From the NCBI GenBank assembly GCA_012295275.1, contig CM022676.1, forward strand, positions 4,960,001 through 5,024,000: 64,000 nt of DNA, read 5' to 3'. The translations under genes were made by a program, and so were the position numbers. Below are positions 11,953 to 27,199 of this stretch, in pieces. Source of the DNA: Chrysomallon squamiferum (Eukaryota > Animalia > Mollusca). The notes under the pieces are model-generated. The model was given only the letters and a program-made list of their open reading frames with translations, ran no database searches and was not told where the DNA came from. Within the stretch, counting starts at the first letter, position 1. Every line of letters starts with the position of its first letter.

Positions 11953-13685
11953 CTATTTTTTTCCATGGGCTTCACGGGCATCTTCGAAATCATCTCCTCG
12001 AGAGATATCAAGAGGCTGACTTATCAGAGTCTGGATGGTATCAGACTGTTCAGTAACAGGATCAGCTTCTGTTGCATTTGAGTTCTTGTCTGCAGACGTC
12101 TGATTCTTATCACCAGCAGACGCCACTGATGGGAGATTTGACCTAGCTGAGATTGACTGTGGAGATTTTTCTGCTTGTGCTTCCACTCCAGATTCTTGAG
12201 ACAGCTCTTTCCTCACTCCTCCTTGGTCACTTTTAACTCCTGTTCCTGAAGTTTGTGATCCTTCCCTGTTTAATCCTAATCCTGAAGCATGTGATCCTTC
12301 CCTCTTGGTTCCTAATCCTGACGTTTGTGATCCTTCCCTCTTTAATCCTAATCCCGAAGTTTGTGATCCTTCCTTTTTCAATCCTAATCCTGAAGTTTGT
12401 GATCCTTCCTTTTTCAATCCTAATCCTGAAGTTTGTGATCCTTCCTTTTTCAATCCTAATCCTGAACTATGTGATCCTTCCTTCTTTAATCCTAATCCTG
12501 AAGTTTGTGATCCTTCCTTTTTCAATCCTAATCCTGAACTATGTGATCCTTCCTTCTTTAATCCTAATCCTGAACTATGTGATCCTTCCTTCTTTAATCC
12601 CAATGCTGAAGTTTGTGATCCTTCCCGTTTCACTCCTAAGTTCGAGTCTTTTGATCCCTCACGTGTAAGTGGATGAGGAGATGGAGATTCTGGTCTCGTG
12701 GCTGCTACTGGCCCATGATCAGGTGTGCCAATCTGCTTGGGGGCCTCTCTCACAGAATCCAGTGACTTTGGAGAACCTGGAACGTCAGAGCTGGAGGACA
12801 CTTTCGGTGACGTCTGCGAAGACTGTTTCCTCAGACGCGTCAGTGAAGACCGAGACGGTCCTCTTGCGCTGGCTTTCGTCGAGGTCCGAGACTGCACTCT
12901 GGGTGAAGAAGAAACGCCTTCCTGAGATCTGGGCGAGGACAGAGTGGCGGCGGACGGCTTCTTCGCCGCCTGCTGCTGAACAGCAGGATTCTCGCTCTCG
13001 TCGCGAGACGAATCAAACACTTTGCTGTCCGCCGACTCCTCGGTCTCCACCGAAATGTCTACCCCGGTTTTGTTCAGCGTGTCTTGCGAGAAGTTCTTCT
13101 CGTCGCCTCTCTGGTCCTCGCCCTGCCTGCCGTGCTGCTCGCTCGCAGGTTCGTGTCCTCTGTGATCCAAGTCCGCGTTTGAAATCTTCGTGTGGCTCTC
13201 GTACGGGACCGCGTACTCGGCGTCATCGCCGTCCTTGAACTGCCCTTCCGTTCCCCGGGTCATCCCCGACACAGACGACGTCTCGAGGTTGAGCTCGGAC
13301 CTTGACGGGTGAGCGTCGACCTGGGCCTGCGTTAAGAAGCCTCTGGAGCTGGAAACTCTTTCCTCTTTAGCTGAACCGACCGGTTCGATGTCCAGCTGAG
13401 ACCGGGAAGCTCTGACGTCGGGCTGACTGACGTCCAGTTGGTCTAAAGCTTTTTCTCGTGATATGGCCAGGCCTTTCGGCAGAGGCTCACCTTTGGGAGT
13501 CATGGGTTTGTACGATAGCTGAGACTGGTTAGACTGGGAAATAACTGACAGCTCTTCTTCTTTTTCTCCCGCGTCTTCTGGTAAGTCTTCCTCCTCCATT
13601 TCACCGTCTTCAGCTTGAGATGTTGGCTGCATGCGAGACAACAGAAGATAGGACCTGGATTTCTTACAACCATCTTCAAGAAGTC
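11953..13685 (-). CDS. Dynein-like terminal exon: ~577-aa low-complexity C-terminal extension
   Basis: Long ORF, acceptor ttcag at 13686, phase 1 matching the preceding donor, TAG stop at 11953. Confidence 0.8.
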
Positions 13686-13976
13686 CTGAACAAAACAAAA
13701 ATATGATATATTAAAATACATATTCAATTATTACTATAATATATTAATATATCTTCCATTATTATAATTATATATTAATGTATTTTCTATTATTATTATA
13801 ATTATAGTTTTTTTCCCCAAATAATGCCACAATATATATATATATATATATATATATTACCTTCATGTAAATGAACCATTATAAAAAGATATAAGATCAA
13901 AACAAAAGAAAACATTTTCCTTTATATATTTTCTTTATTTCATATTTCATTTGGTTTTCATTACTTATTATCTTTC

Positions 13977-14012
<36 letters not shown>

Positions 14013-16505
14013 CAAAGAATAAAAGCACAACAACAAAAATAACAAATTTTCTACAAAAACTTTAATGAAATTTTGTCTACCTTTCATTACACCTGTATTA
14101 ATTAAGAAATTTACCTGGATCTAGTATAATGGCTGTTCTTGACAACACCCAGTGTTCTGTAGGGTGTGGACAAGTCAGTGGTAGTGTCACTATTAGTTTC
14201 TGACGACTCTGTAAACAACAACAACAACAATAATAACAACAATAACAATAGTAATTATAACAACAATAATAATAATAACAATAATAATAATGGTAATTAA
14301 TAATAATAACAACAATAATAAAAAAAACAATATTAATAATAATGATGGTAATAATAGAATAATAATAATAACAATAATAATAGTAATAATAATAATAATA
14401 ACAACAATAATAATAGTAGTAATAATAATAATAACAACAACAACAATAGTAATTATAATAACAACAACAATAATAATAATGGTAATAACTAATAATAACA
14501 ATATTAATAATAATAATAATAATGATGATGGTAATAATAGAATAATAATAATAATAACAATAATAATAATAACAATAACAACAACAATAATAATAATAAT
14601 AACTATAATAATAATAAATCAGTAAACTGACCAATAAACAACAACAACAATGATAATGATAATAATAATCAGATTATGTCCATATATTCCAAAATCCCCC
14701 AAAATGTAGTTAAGGAATTCTCAACATGCATTTCTTTGCATGAACAAAAAAAATATACTTCAAGTGAACTGTATAATATGTATATTTCTTCATAAGTACT
14801 CTTCAAGTTTCTAATTCTTAGAATCACCAAAAATACACCAGAAGTAACTGTCAGAGATAAAAGAGTTTTAGAGTCACCTTGTTCATGTAGACAGGACAGT
14901 TGTATGTTTTGTGTTCACTGTGATCATCTTTGTCTGGATCTCCATCTCGGTCTCCATCAGTGAAATCCTTGTCAACAACAAGTCGCAGATACAGACTGGG
15001 AATCTCAAATATAGCTCTTCTGAAAAGTTTAAAAAAATACAAGTTTAGCTATGTTTTTTTTTTTGGGGGGGGTTGTGTTAATTTTGGGAATAATTATAAT
15101 ATTTGACCTGTTTTGTGTGTGAGTATGTGTGATTAAGAGTGTGAGTTTGGTGTGTGTCTGTGTGTGTGCTTTATCAAAAGTAAAACCTTATTTTAAAAAG
15201 AAAAAAGAGGAATACCTGCTGTCTTTAAAGCAGTGTTTGTCAAAACTCCAGCCTGCTCCCTGTATGTACAGATGTGTAAAGAAAATCCCATCCTCCTCAA
15301 ACTCGTAATTTTCTGGATGACTGTTCTCAAAGACTTTGCATTCAAACATGACCTGTCAATGAAACCACTTTGTTTTAATACAGCATCTGAACACCCAGCA
15401 CACAGCTCTTGCTATTATAACTACACCTTTCTTCACATTAACACATGAAAACTGTTTTCGATATCTTTAAAACATCTTAAAACCAAACTAGGTATCATCA
15501 ACTCTGCCAATACATAAATACATAACAAATATAAAACCAGATTGGAGATCTTCAAATCACTCTGTACATAAAAACCTTTTCTGTATTTCCAGGGACTACT
15601 GAAAACCAAACTGGACATTCTCAGATCAGTGAATATACAAAACAAACATTTCAATATATCTACATGCTTCCTCAAACCAAACTGGATAATCTTAAAATCA
15701 ATCAATACATAAAAAATATTTTTATATTTTAACATACTTCATGAAACCAAATTGGACATCTTCAGATCAGCAAATGTACAAAAAATGTTTCTATACCTCT
15801 TAGTCAATGTACAAAAACAGTTTCTATATCTCTATATACTTTTTGAAATCAAAACTGAATATCTTCAGATCAGAAAATACACAAAAATCGTTTCAACATC
15901 TCAAAACTGAATATCCTCAAATTAGTGGATGTACAAATACTATTTCTTTATCGCTAAATGTTTCTCAAAACGAAGCCCGATAACGTTTAATTATGCACTG
16001 TATGATTAGTATTCTGTCACTATACCTTGTCTAAGCTACATTTAGCCACCATAGCTTTCTCCTGCCTCAGTGCTGCAATCAAGGCCTGTGGATTTACCAG
16101 ACCTCCAAGCCAAACAGATGAAAGATGTCCTCGAGCAATGGTTGGGTTTTCCTGCAGGACTCCATCTTTGAATGTGGGAACCATGCCCCGCTTCACCCAC
16201 TCATACAGCTGATTGTATCTTTTCTTCAAGTCTTAAATTTAAATGACAGGGTAGTAATGGGCAGGCTTACAATGACAGGATAAAAATGGAAGATTTTGAA
16301 TATCAATTAAAAAAAAATCGTTCATTTGAGTCTTGTCTAAATATATCTGTCTGTCTATATATTTCTATCTGTCTGTCTGTTTACTGATATATCCATTTGT
16401 GTAATCAACAATCTGTCTCTGATTATCTAAGTTTTATTCTTTTTAAAAAACAAAAACGAATTACATATATATCCAATTATAGAACAATTTCAATAAATTA
16501 ATAAA

Positions 16506-16543
<38 letters not shown>

Positions 16544-19149
16544 GTTTTACTTCAGAATTAATTTTCTTGACATACAAAACACCTCCTGTGCTACCAATGA
16601 CATACCTAGGAGCCAGGAGACGAGGGAGTGGGTACAGGGCTGACAATTTGGATGTATCCAGGAGACAGGGACATGTTCTTCTTGTAGACAGAGAACGGTT
16701 TTCAGCAGAGACTTTGGCAGAGCTTCAGGTCCACCAAGAAGGTTCTGCTGCAAGTCACTGATGTTCTGTCTGATGTGACACAGGACAGCATTCATCCACA
16801 GACATTCCTGTAATCAGAGAAGAGAATGCATTTGTGACATAAAACAGCATTAAGTCATTATTGAAAAAATTCCACAAAATATTCCATTGGTTTACTTAAA
16901 GGCAAAAACCTGTGGTAATAAACAATTCATATTTATAGAACACCAGCTCATGTTACAAACAAAATCATGTGCATAGCTTGCCTTAAACGTATTAAAAAAT
17001 TATTTGATACCTTTATTCATAAGTAAAAGCAGCTTATTTTACCTTACAAATAAAAACTGCTTGTTTTACCTTACAAATAAAAAAACTGCTTGTTTTACCT
17101 TACAATTTGAAAACAGTATATGTTAAACTTATAAAAATGGAAACAGCTTATTCTCTTACAAATAAAAACAGCTTATTTTGCTTTACAAATGTTTTTACAA
17201 ATAAAATTAGCAGCTTATTCTGCTTTCTGCATTCTGCAATAAAAAACAAAATTATTCTGCTTTACAAATAAAATTATTCTTATTCTTTTACTTTACAAAT
17301 TAAAAACAGCTTTATTACCTTACTACCAGAACTATTATAAAAATATTTATTTCTGCATTACAAATAAAAACAGCTTATTTTACCTTACAGTTAGAAACAC
17401 ACTATTTAATTATACAACGTTTTGTTTTATCTTACTCCTGTACCTTACCCATAGATGATACATACACACACTTACAAACAAAAAAAAATATATATAACAA
17501 TTTCGAACCTGTAAAAGAACATATCCTATACTCTCTGGCATCTGTGTATTGGAAACGCTGGCAAAACTGATGACGCTTGGTCGATGGTATGGAAAGTCAA
17601 ACTCCTGCATCATGTTCAGGTGGACGACCTGCCCAAGTTCCAGCAAGGGAGGTAACTGCTCCACACAGATGTCCAGAGCAGACCTGAGTTTTGGGATGGA
17701 AATTTCGTCGTTATTCTTGGAAGACGGTCCAGGTACCTGGTTCTGTGACTCGTACATTTCGTCTATGTGCTGGATGAACTCACTGGATCTGAAAACCACA
17801 AATAATAAACATTACTTTTATTGCCTTGTGTCCATTAATATTAATACTGTTGTTGTTGTTGTTGTTGTCGTTGTTGTTCTTGTTAGGATTATATTCTTTT
17901 ATTGTTGTTGTTGTTGTTGTTGTTGTTGTGGCATTGACTTTGTTGAAGTTAATTTTTTTATTCATATTATTATAATTTTTGTAACTGTCAGTGATATTGC
18001 TGCTTTTGTTCGTTATATTATTTTTGTGTGATGTTGCTGCTACCATTACTACTACTTCTATACTTCAGTTATTATTACTACTATTATTATTATTATTGTT
18101 CTTCAGATAACTCTCTGATGGCTCATCTACAACTCTAACATTACAATGTCATAAATGTTGTATACTGGTAGCTGAGCCTATTGGAAACTTCTCAAGATAC
18201 ACACTAAGGCTATAATTAATATTAATAATAAGGTCAGAACTGTCTGCAGGTTAGGGTTTGGCTAGGTGTGGTTTAGTACTGACATGGCCTCCCAGTTTTC
18301 TCTCTGGACCCCAACACCAAGCTGCAAAGCCAAAAGAGTGATGTCGTGTTCAACAGCTCGTTCAACGTACTCCGCATAGTTTGCCGGATCTGTGAATAGT
18401 AACATAAAGAGAAATGAAAAAAAGTGATAATAATAATTTGTCGTTTGTAATGAATAAAAGTTGATTTAATAAAACAGTCAGATGTAGGGGTTTTTTGTGG
18501 TTTTTTGTACGTTAAGCTTTGACAGTTAAGAGAATAGAGAAGAGAGAAAAATTATCTCGTGAAATAAATGAATAATAAATGAATAAAGAGAGAAAGAAAG
18601 AAGGAAAATAAATGAAATAAAATAGACAGATAGATATAAACAAGCAGTTATGTGAAGAAGATAAATGAAATAAAATAACAAAAACAACTATTTTGAATGG
18701 CAATGGAGAGAAAAAAAAGAACAATATTAAAAAAGAAAAAAAATATTAGCAAAATCTATGTCTGAAACACAATTTAGACAGATACTTATAAGTATTGCTT
18801 GCTAGTCTCTCTCTTTCTTTCAATGGGTCTGATAGGTGGAAAACCAGATAAGAGATAGGTAAATAGATAGGTAGAATAACAAACATAGCAGATAGAAACA
18901 GATATATCCTGTATGACATATAATATGGTCACTTTGTCTCTGTCAACACAAAATCATAACAATGTTAATTGTTTATTTTAAAACAAGTCACAAAATGCTA
19001 AGTAAGTAAGGATCTATATAAGAAGGATAAAGGTATTCTTAAGAGACTCTCTCAAGGTGACACAAAAATCATAACATAAAATGTTATTTTAAGTATGGAT
19101 CTATATAAGAAGGATCTACATATACAAAGGAGTCTCTCTCTCTCTCTCA

Positions 19150-19248
<99 letters not shown>

Positions 19249-19573
19249 GTGAATATCTGTGGCACTCACCAACATTAGCAGGAGGAGTTTTGATGAGGAT
19301 GCTGCCCAGTGCTATCTCACTGCTGGGTTCGTGGTACACGGTACTGAGAATGTGATGAGTCAGAGTCTCTATGTATGTTTTGTCAATCTCATCTTTCAAC
19401 ATGGCCCCGTACAACAACTGAAACACAAATCGTGGCTCTGTTAATTTCAACTAGCTGCTAGTGTGTGCATCATACATGTGTGTGTGTCTGAGTGTGTGTC
19501 AGTGTGTGTGTGTGTGTGTCTGTGTTATTTAACATGACCACACCATACAACAGCTGGAAAAAAAATGTTTTAG

Positions 19574-19604
<31 letters not shown>

Positions 19605-19725
19605 AACAAAACTATCTTTCTGTCTATTTAGTTATACATTTTTTTTTTATGGTGGTCCTAGAGTCCTGAAACAAAATTAGTAGTTCTGTAATGGGACTGA
19701 AAGTTTTAGCTGAAATAAATAAATA

Positions 19726-19756
<31 letters not shown>

Positions 19757-22298
19757 AAACAAATAAATAAATAATAAACAAATAAATGTATAAAAGATTA
19801 AATAAATAAATAAATAATAAACAAACAAATAAACAAACAAATAAATAAACAAATAAATAAATAAACAAACAAATAAATAAACAAACAAATAAATAAACAA
19901 ATAAATAAATAAACAAATAAATAAATAAATAAACAAACAAACAAAACAAACAAACTAAACCTCAAGGCAAAGAAAACACAACAACAATTCTAAACTGTAC
20001 GACATGACCTCAAAACATCACACCCCACACATTTCTTTCTTTCTTTCTTGCCCATGTAAATAGATGATTAAATTTTTACCCTGGAAATCATCTACACATA
20101 CCTGAGGAATTGCATAGCACAGATCCTCCAAAGGCGGCTCGATTCCGTTCGCTGGTTTCAGCATCTTTCCGATAATCATCTCTATGGCTGTAGCTATCTC
20201 AACCTTGTGAAATGGGTACCACTGGCTCAGGCCGATGGAGCCGAACAGTTGCCTAGCAACCAGGACGCTGTGAATTAGGGCCACCCCGTAAACGAGAGAC
20301 TTTGACAGCTGGCTTTCTTCTCTGACTCTCTCCCACATTTCCGTGGGAACTTGTTTTAGAGTTGAAATCATGGCTAGGAAAAGAATTAAATTTTTTTTTT
20401 TTTAAATTAGAAGTATTTGTGAAAGCAAAATAAATATATATGACTTTTTTTTTAAAACTTAGAAGTATTTGTGAAAGCAAAATAAATATATATGACTTTT
20501 TTTTTTAAACTTAGAAGTATTTGTGAAAGCAAAATAAATATATATGACTTTTTTTTTTAAACTTAGAAGTATTTGTGAAAGCAAAATAAACATATATGAC
20601 TTTTTTTTTCTCTCCCATGAATAATACAGATTTTTTAAAATGATTTTTTAATTTTTTTTTTTTTTTTTGTAAAATTTATTTATTATGAGTTTTTTTTTTT
20701 TTATTAATTTATTTATTTGTTTATTTATGGTTTTTTTGTTTATTTGTTTGTTTGTTTGTTTGTTTGTTTATTTATTTATTTATTTTGGACATGACAATAA
20801 TTTTTTTTTTAAAAACACCTGTAATAATAAAATTAATATACCTCTTCTTTTAAAGGCTGGTTCAGAATAAAAACATTTCATTTTAAAGTAAAGACTGAAC
20901 ATTAAGTAAACCATTAACCAAATCCATACACTTTTCAGACATAAAAACTATTTAAAGACTATTTATACACATCATTATAGATCTACTTGAACAAAAAGAC
21001 AAACACTCACTTACTTGGATTATAGATTATATTCAGTTTATCACAACAAACAACCACTTATATAATTTTAAACAATACTAAAACAATAACTTGGATAACA
21101 GGTATACAATATACTGAGGCAAACAACAACACATGTATAAATCCAATTTTTAAATTTAAATTTAGACTGAAAGTATACCATAGACATCAAATCAGATGCA
21201 GACATAAAACAATAAACTGGATTGTAAAGATAAGATAGATTTAGTCTTCATGTTACTCATGGTAAAACCATACTGAATCATACAGTACATTTTGTGTGTG
21301 TCTGTAAGTATGTATGCATGTCAGTACGTATGTGTATGTACGTATGTATGTATGTATGTATGATGTATGTGTGTATACGTATGTATGTATGATTTCTGTA
21401 TGTATGTATGTACGTATGTATGTATGTATGTATGTATGTATGTATGTATGTATGTTTGGACATGTGTATGTATGTATGTATGAATGTATATATGTATATG
21501 TTTGGATGGATGTATGTACGTACGTACGTACGTATGTATGTATGTATGTATGTATGTATGTTTGGACGTGTGTATGTATGTATGAATGTATATATATGTA
21601 TGTATGTTTGGATGTATGTATGTGTGTATGTATGTATGTATGTTTGGACGTGTGTATGTATGTATGTATGTATATTACTACTAGTATCTTCACAGCTGTA
21701 ACGTAAAAAAGCACTCGACACAAAACTACAAACGTTACCTGTTTTCAAGTAACTCTGGGGGGTGACGCTGGCTGCCACAGGTAGATGGCGCTTCTCTTCG
21801 TTATCCTCGACCTCGGAGGTCACATCGAGCTGGTTCCAGGCGACCTTGTGCAGGTTGCGAATGAGGAAGCTGGACACGCGGTCACATGGTTCACATGTGA
21901 TCCAAACACAGAATCGACTTTTCTCAAGTTTCTCCGCAGTCAGAGTGGCTGTGAGCAAAGAGAAAAATGATTTGTTGAAGTGTTTTTTAATATAACAGTA
22001 GTAGTAAAAATATTAGTAATTATTTATGAATAAATAAATAAATGAATAAATAAATAAATAAACAATAAATAAATTAATAAACAAATAAACACACAAACAA
22101 ACAATAAATAAATAAACACACAATAAACAAATAAATAAACAAATAAATAAATAAATAAATAAATAATAATAAATGAATAAATAATAAATAAATTTAAAAA
22201 GTTAATAAATAAATAAATAAATAATAAATAAATGAATGAATAAATAAATAAATAAATTTAAAAAGTTAATAAATAAATAAATAATAAATAAATGAATA

Positions 22299-22352
<54 letters not shown>

Positions 22353-24956
22353 AAAAGATGATGATGATGATGATAATATCAACTTACTGCTACTATAACT
22401 ATCACTACTATTACTGCTACTACTACTAACTCCAATATTACTACTACTAATAAAAATAACATAGTACCAATTAAAATGTTTTTAAAAGTAACAATAATAA
22501 TGATAATAATAACATCAGCTTACTTCTGCTGTTGTAATTACTATTACAGCTACTACTACCACTACTACTATTAACAATTATTATTACTACTGCTGCTATT
22601 ACTTCTACAACTTCTACTACTACTATTATTATAATTGTTATTACTACTACTACTACTACTACTATTATTATTAGGGTTTTTTTACTATTATTATTATTAT
22701 TATTACTATTATTATTATTATTGTTATTGCTATTATTATTTTTACTGTTATTATTATTACTACTACTGCTGCTGCTACTAGTATTATTATTATTATTTTT
22801 ATTATTATTATATTTACTATTATTATTATTATTATCATTATTACTATTATTATTTTTGCTATTATTATTTTTACTATTATTATTACTACTACTACTACTA
22901 TTTATTATTATTATTATCATTATTATTCTTACTATTATTATCACTACTACTACTATTACTATTATTATTATTATCATTACTGTTATTACTATCACAGTTA
23001 CTATTATTACTATCATTACTACTATTACATCAGCATCATCATCATCATCATCATCAATTTCAATAAAAGCAGGAAAAAACGTCGACACACAAGACAATTT
23101 CTAAGAACAGGAGACAAACCTCTCATTTTGTACAGCCTCATGAGGGTCTGTTTGAGGGTTTTGAAGAAGTGCTGAGGTGCCAGGTGAAGGTCCTCTATGA
23201 CAACCCAGCCATCATTACTCTCAGCTGTCTCTATGGCCTCATACACCTGGCTCTCACAGCCCTCCATTATCTTCACCTGTGTGATGCTCACATCGTGTTT
23301 CTGTGGAGATAGGTTAGTAAGTAAATCAACGAACAGCAAGTAAGTAAATGAATGAATAGATAAATAATGAAAAAATAATGAATGAATAAATGAATAATAA
23401 ATAAATAAATAATGGATAAATGAATAATGAATGAATAAAGAAAGAAAGAAAATAGTAAATGAATAATAAATTATTAATAAAATATTAAATAAATAAATAA
23501 TGAATAAATGAATAAATAAAGAAAAAAGAATAAAATGAAATAAATAAAAATAAAATAAAATAAAAATAAATAAATAAATAAAATGAAAAAAAAAAAATGA
23601 AATGAATAATGAATAAAGAAATGAATAAAGAAAGAAAGAAAAATAATATATAAAATCAATCAAAATCAATTAAACTAATTAATAATTTAATAAAGAAAGA
23701 CAAAAGTAAATGAATGAATCAGTCAATTAGTTAATGAAATGGTTAAAAAAAAAAAAAAATGAAAATAAATAAAATGAATGAATGCAAAAAATAAATAAAT
23801 AAAAAAATAAGTTAATAATAAATAAATAAAAGAATAATGAAAAGGAATATACAAAAGAATAAATAAATCAATAATGAATGAATGACCGAATTAACAAAAC
23901 AACGAATGAATGAATCAAACCGTTAATGAATGGAAAATGAAGAATACATATTTAAACACACACACACACATAAAACAAACACACGCAGAAACACACACAC
24001 ACAGACAAACACACACAAAGGCAAACACACACAACACACAAACAAATCAATATATCAATCAATCAATCGACAATCAATTAATAACTAATTAATAATTTAA
24101 TAAAGAATGAATGAATGAATCAGTCAAACAGTTAATGAATGGAGAAATGAAGAATACATATTTAAACACACAGACACACACAACACAACACACACACACA
24201 CACAACACAACAAACACACACACAGACAACACACACACACCACACACACAACACACACAAACACCACAACACACACAGGCAACACACATGACACACACAC
24301 AACACACACACACACACACACACACAACACACACACACACAAACACACACTATACACACAAGACACACAAAAACAAACAAAAAAAACACACACACACCAC
24401 ACACACAACACACACAAACACCTACACCTAACAAAATCAAAAACAAAAACAACAAAAAAAACCACAAACCTTAGCCAGTGCTGCCAGTGTTTCGACTGGA
24501 GGCGTGGTCAGCTTGATCCTGGCGTACGCCTGCGTGTTCTGATTGTCAGGGCTCGGCGGCAGCAGCAGCAGAACGCCCAGGTGGCTCTTCGCGTCGATGA
24601 GCACGTCGCCGAGGTTGAACCCGTACTCGGCCGGCATCGTCAGGTTGAGGTTGCGCTTGACGTAGTCGGTCAGCGCGGCTGGGAGGCGGTCCGGCCTCAA
24701 CATGCGAAGTATGAGCAGCTGGTGGAACTCGCTGAGGAGGCCCATGTCGGGCGTGGCGGCGCGGTCCGCGGGCGGCTGGTTGCTACCCCGGGAGCCGGTT
24801 CGGGGAGGGACGTTTTCCACAGCCGTGTCTGGGAAGTGAAAGAAGATGATGAAGATGAAGATGTTGTTTGTTTGTTTGTTTGTTCGTTTAGAGTCGTTTA
24901 GATTTTTGTTTTTTAACTCTTCCTGTTTTTTTTGTTGGTGTTGATGGTAGTGGTAA

Positions 24957-25016
<60 letters not shown>

Positions 25017-25031
25017 TAATATTATTTTTAT

Positions 25032-25063
<32 letters not shown>

Positions 25064-26881
25064 ATATTATCATTATTTTTATTACTATTATTATTACTAT
25101 TATTATCATTATTATTATTATTATTATTATTACTATTATTATTACTGTTATTATTATTATTACTCACACACAAACACATTTATAAATTCAAATGTTCATG
25201 TTCATGCAATTACTCACATCATTCTGCTCATATCAGAATACTCTCCAGATCATTCTTCTCGCCAAATCACTAAACTCACCTCATCACAATACTCACCACA
25301 TCATACTGCTGTCCACATCATGTTACTCACCAAATCACCTTCCACCAAACCAGGCCATTCACCAAATCACCCCAGTCTCCACATCACCCTATTCACCAAA
25401 TCAGACTACTCACAAGTCACCCTGCTCACCAAATCACCCCACTCTCCCCGTCAACACCCTACTCACCTTCGTTCTCCTGGCTCTGCCCCCCCATGGTTGT
25501 GCACGGGAGGGGCTGCCTCTCGGGGTAGGGCGACTTGTACCAGGCGTGCCAGTGCTCGGAGTTCTGCGCGAAGTCGACACAGAGGCTGTCGAGCGGTCCC
25601 GGCAACACCGACAGCGCCATGATGTCCTCCCACTTCTCCTGCGACAACCACGTGGGCTGCGATTCCTTGCAGTCAAAGTCAGCCAACGTCAGCTGCATGC
25701 CCAAGCCAGGATTGCCTAAAGGGAAAATTTTACGTACGATTTGGAAAAAATATTGATTTTGCAAATTTAACGATTTGGAAAAAATATTTATTTTGCAAAT
25801 TTAACGATTTGGAAAAATATTTATTTTGCAAATATACGATTTGGAAAAATATGTATTTTGCAAATATAGGATTTGAAAAAATGTATTTTTGCATTTTGAT
25901 TTGAAAATATTTATTTTGCAAATGTTTGGAAAAATATTTATTTTGCAAATATAGGATTTGAAAAAATTTTTATTTTGCAAATTTAACAATTTGGAAAAAA
26001 ATTTATTTTGCAAATTTAACATTTGGAAAAATATTTATTTTGCAAATTTACGATTTGAAAAAATATTTATTTTGCGTTTTAACGATTTTTATTTTTATTG
26101 CAAAATTCAGTTTTCAAAAAAATTTTATTTGTGAATGGTCATTTGGAAAAATTTTTTTTTTCTTTAACGAGTTATAAAATATTTTCGTGATGCTTAAAAT
26201 TTTAGATCAGTCAAATTATTTTTCATATTGTTTCAAAAACAAAAGATGATGATGATGATGATTTTGATTTTGATGATTTTAGAACAACCGTTTTAATAAA
26301 TTTTTATTTTTTATTTTCTATTTTGGTTTTTATATATATTTATATAATTTTTTTATTTTATTATTTATTTTTATTTATCTTCTTTTTCCGTTTTTTTTTT
26401 TTTTACATTAAAAAAAGAGGCTTCGATACTCTAATTGAAAAAAAAATGCAACAGAGTTATCTCACCTTGTAAAAGGAGAGACAACTCTTCATTTGTGAAG
26501 AGCTCCCCACTCTCTGCCTGCACATTCAGACACAAAAGTGTGGCAAACTTGAGTCCATCCTCTTCATACAAACTCCTGAAATAGTTAAAATAAAAATTAA
26601 AACACAATTTAACCAAGAATATATCACATAATGTATGTTCCATAGAATGTATATAAGCTTATCATAATCAATTTTAAAAGTGTATGTTTCAAACAGATAG
26701 AATCTGTAAACACCCAGAGTAATATGTATTAAATGCATTTTAACAAATATACCCAAAACATGTACATTATGGTTTTAATATGTACACAGACACTTGTTAA
26801 CACAGATGCATACCTACTCATACCCACTCTGACAAAAGTGCACACCCTTTCATTTATAAATGTAAATTAACAATCATTCTA

Positions 26882-26928
<47 letters not shown>

Positions 26929-27153
26929 TACACACAGAATATCTTACAGTCTAATTCTGTGATACACCAGACTGGTCAAGATATCCATCAGTTGTTTAAT
27001 CTTGTTAACAGACAGGGCAGAGTATTCTACTCCCTCAGACGGGAGGGACACCATGTCAGGCAGGGTGACAGGTGGAAACGACGTTGATTTTGACTTTGCT
27101 ATCAGTTTCTGTACACCAGACTGGTCTATCCATCCATCACTGACGATACACAC

Positions 27154-27199
<46 letters not shown>

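Noticed and set aside
12255-13238. Plus-strand repeat ORFs (NPNPEVCDPSFF etc.)
   Set aside because: Antisense shadows of the coding repeat and GC-rich part of the terminal exon.
14098-14634. Tyr/Cys/Ile/Asn-rich ORFs (also ~22471-23104, 27126-28263, 55389-56126)
   Set aside because: Translations of (TAA)n/(CAA)n/(GAT)n microsatellites; only the embedded dynein exons are real.
18250-18275. Telomere-like ttaggg
   Set aside because: A single copy only.
21253-21723. His/Thr/Tyr- and Val/Cys/Met-rich ORFs (also ~24089-24467, 35394-35883)
   Set aside because: (TATG)n and (CA)n microsatellite translations.
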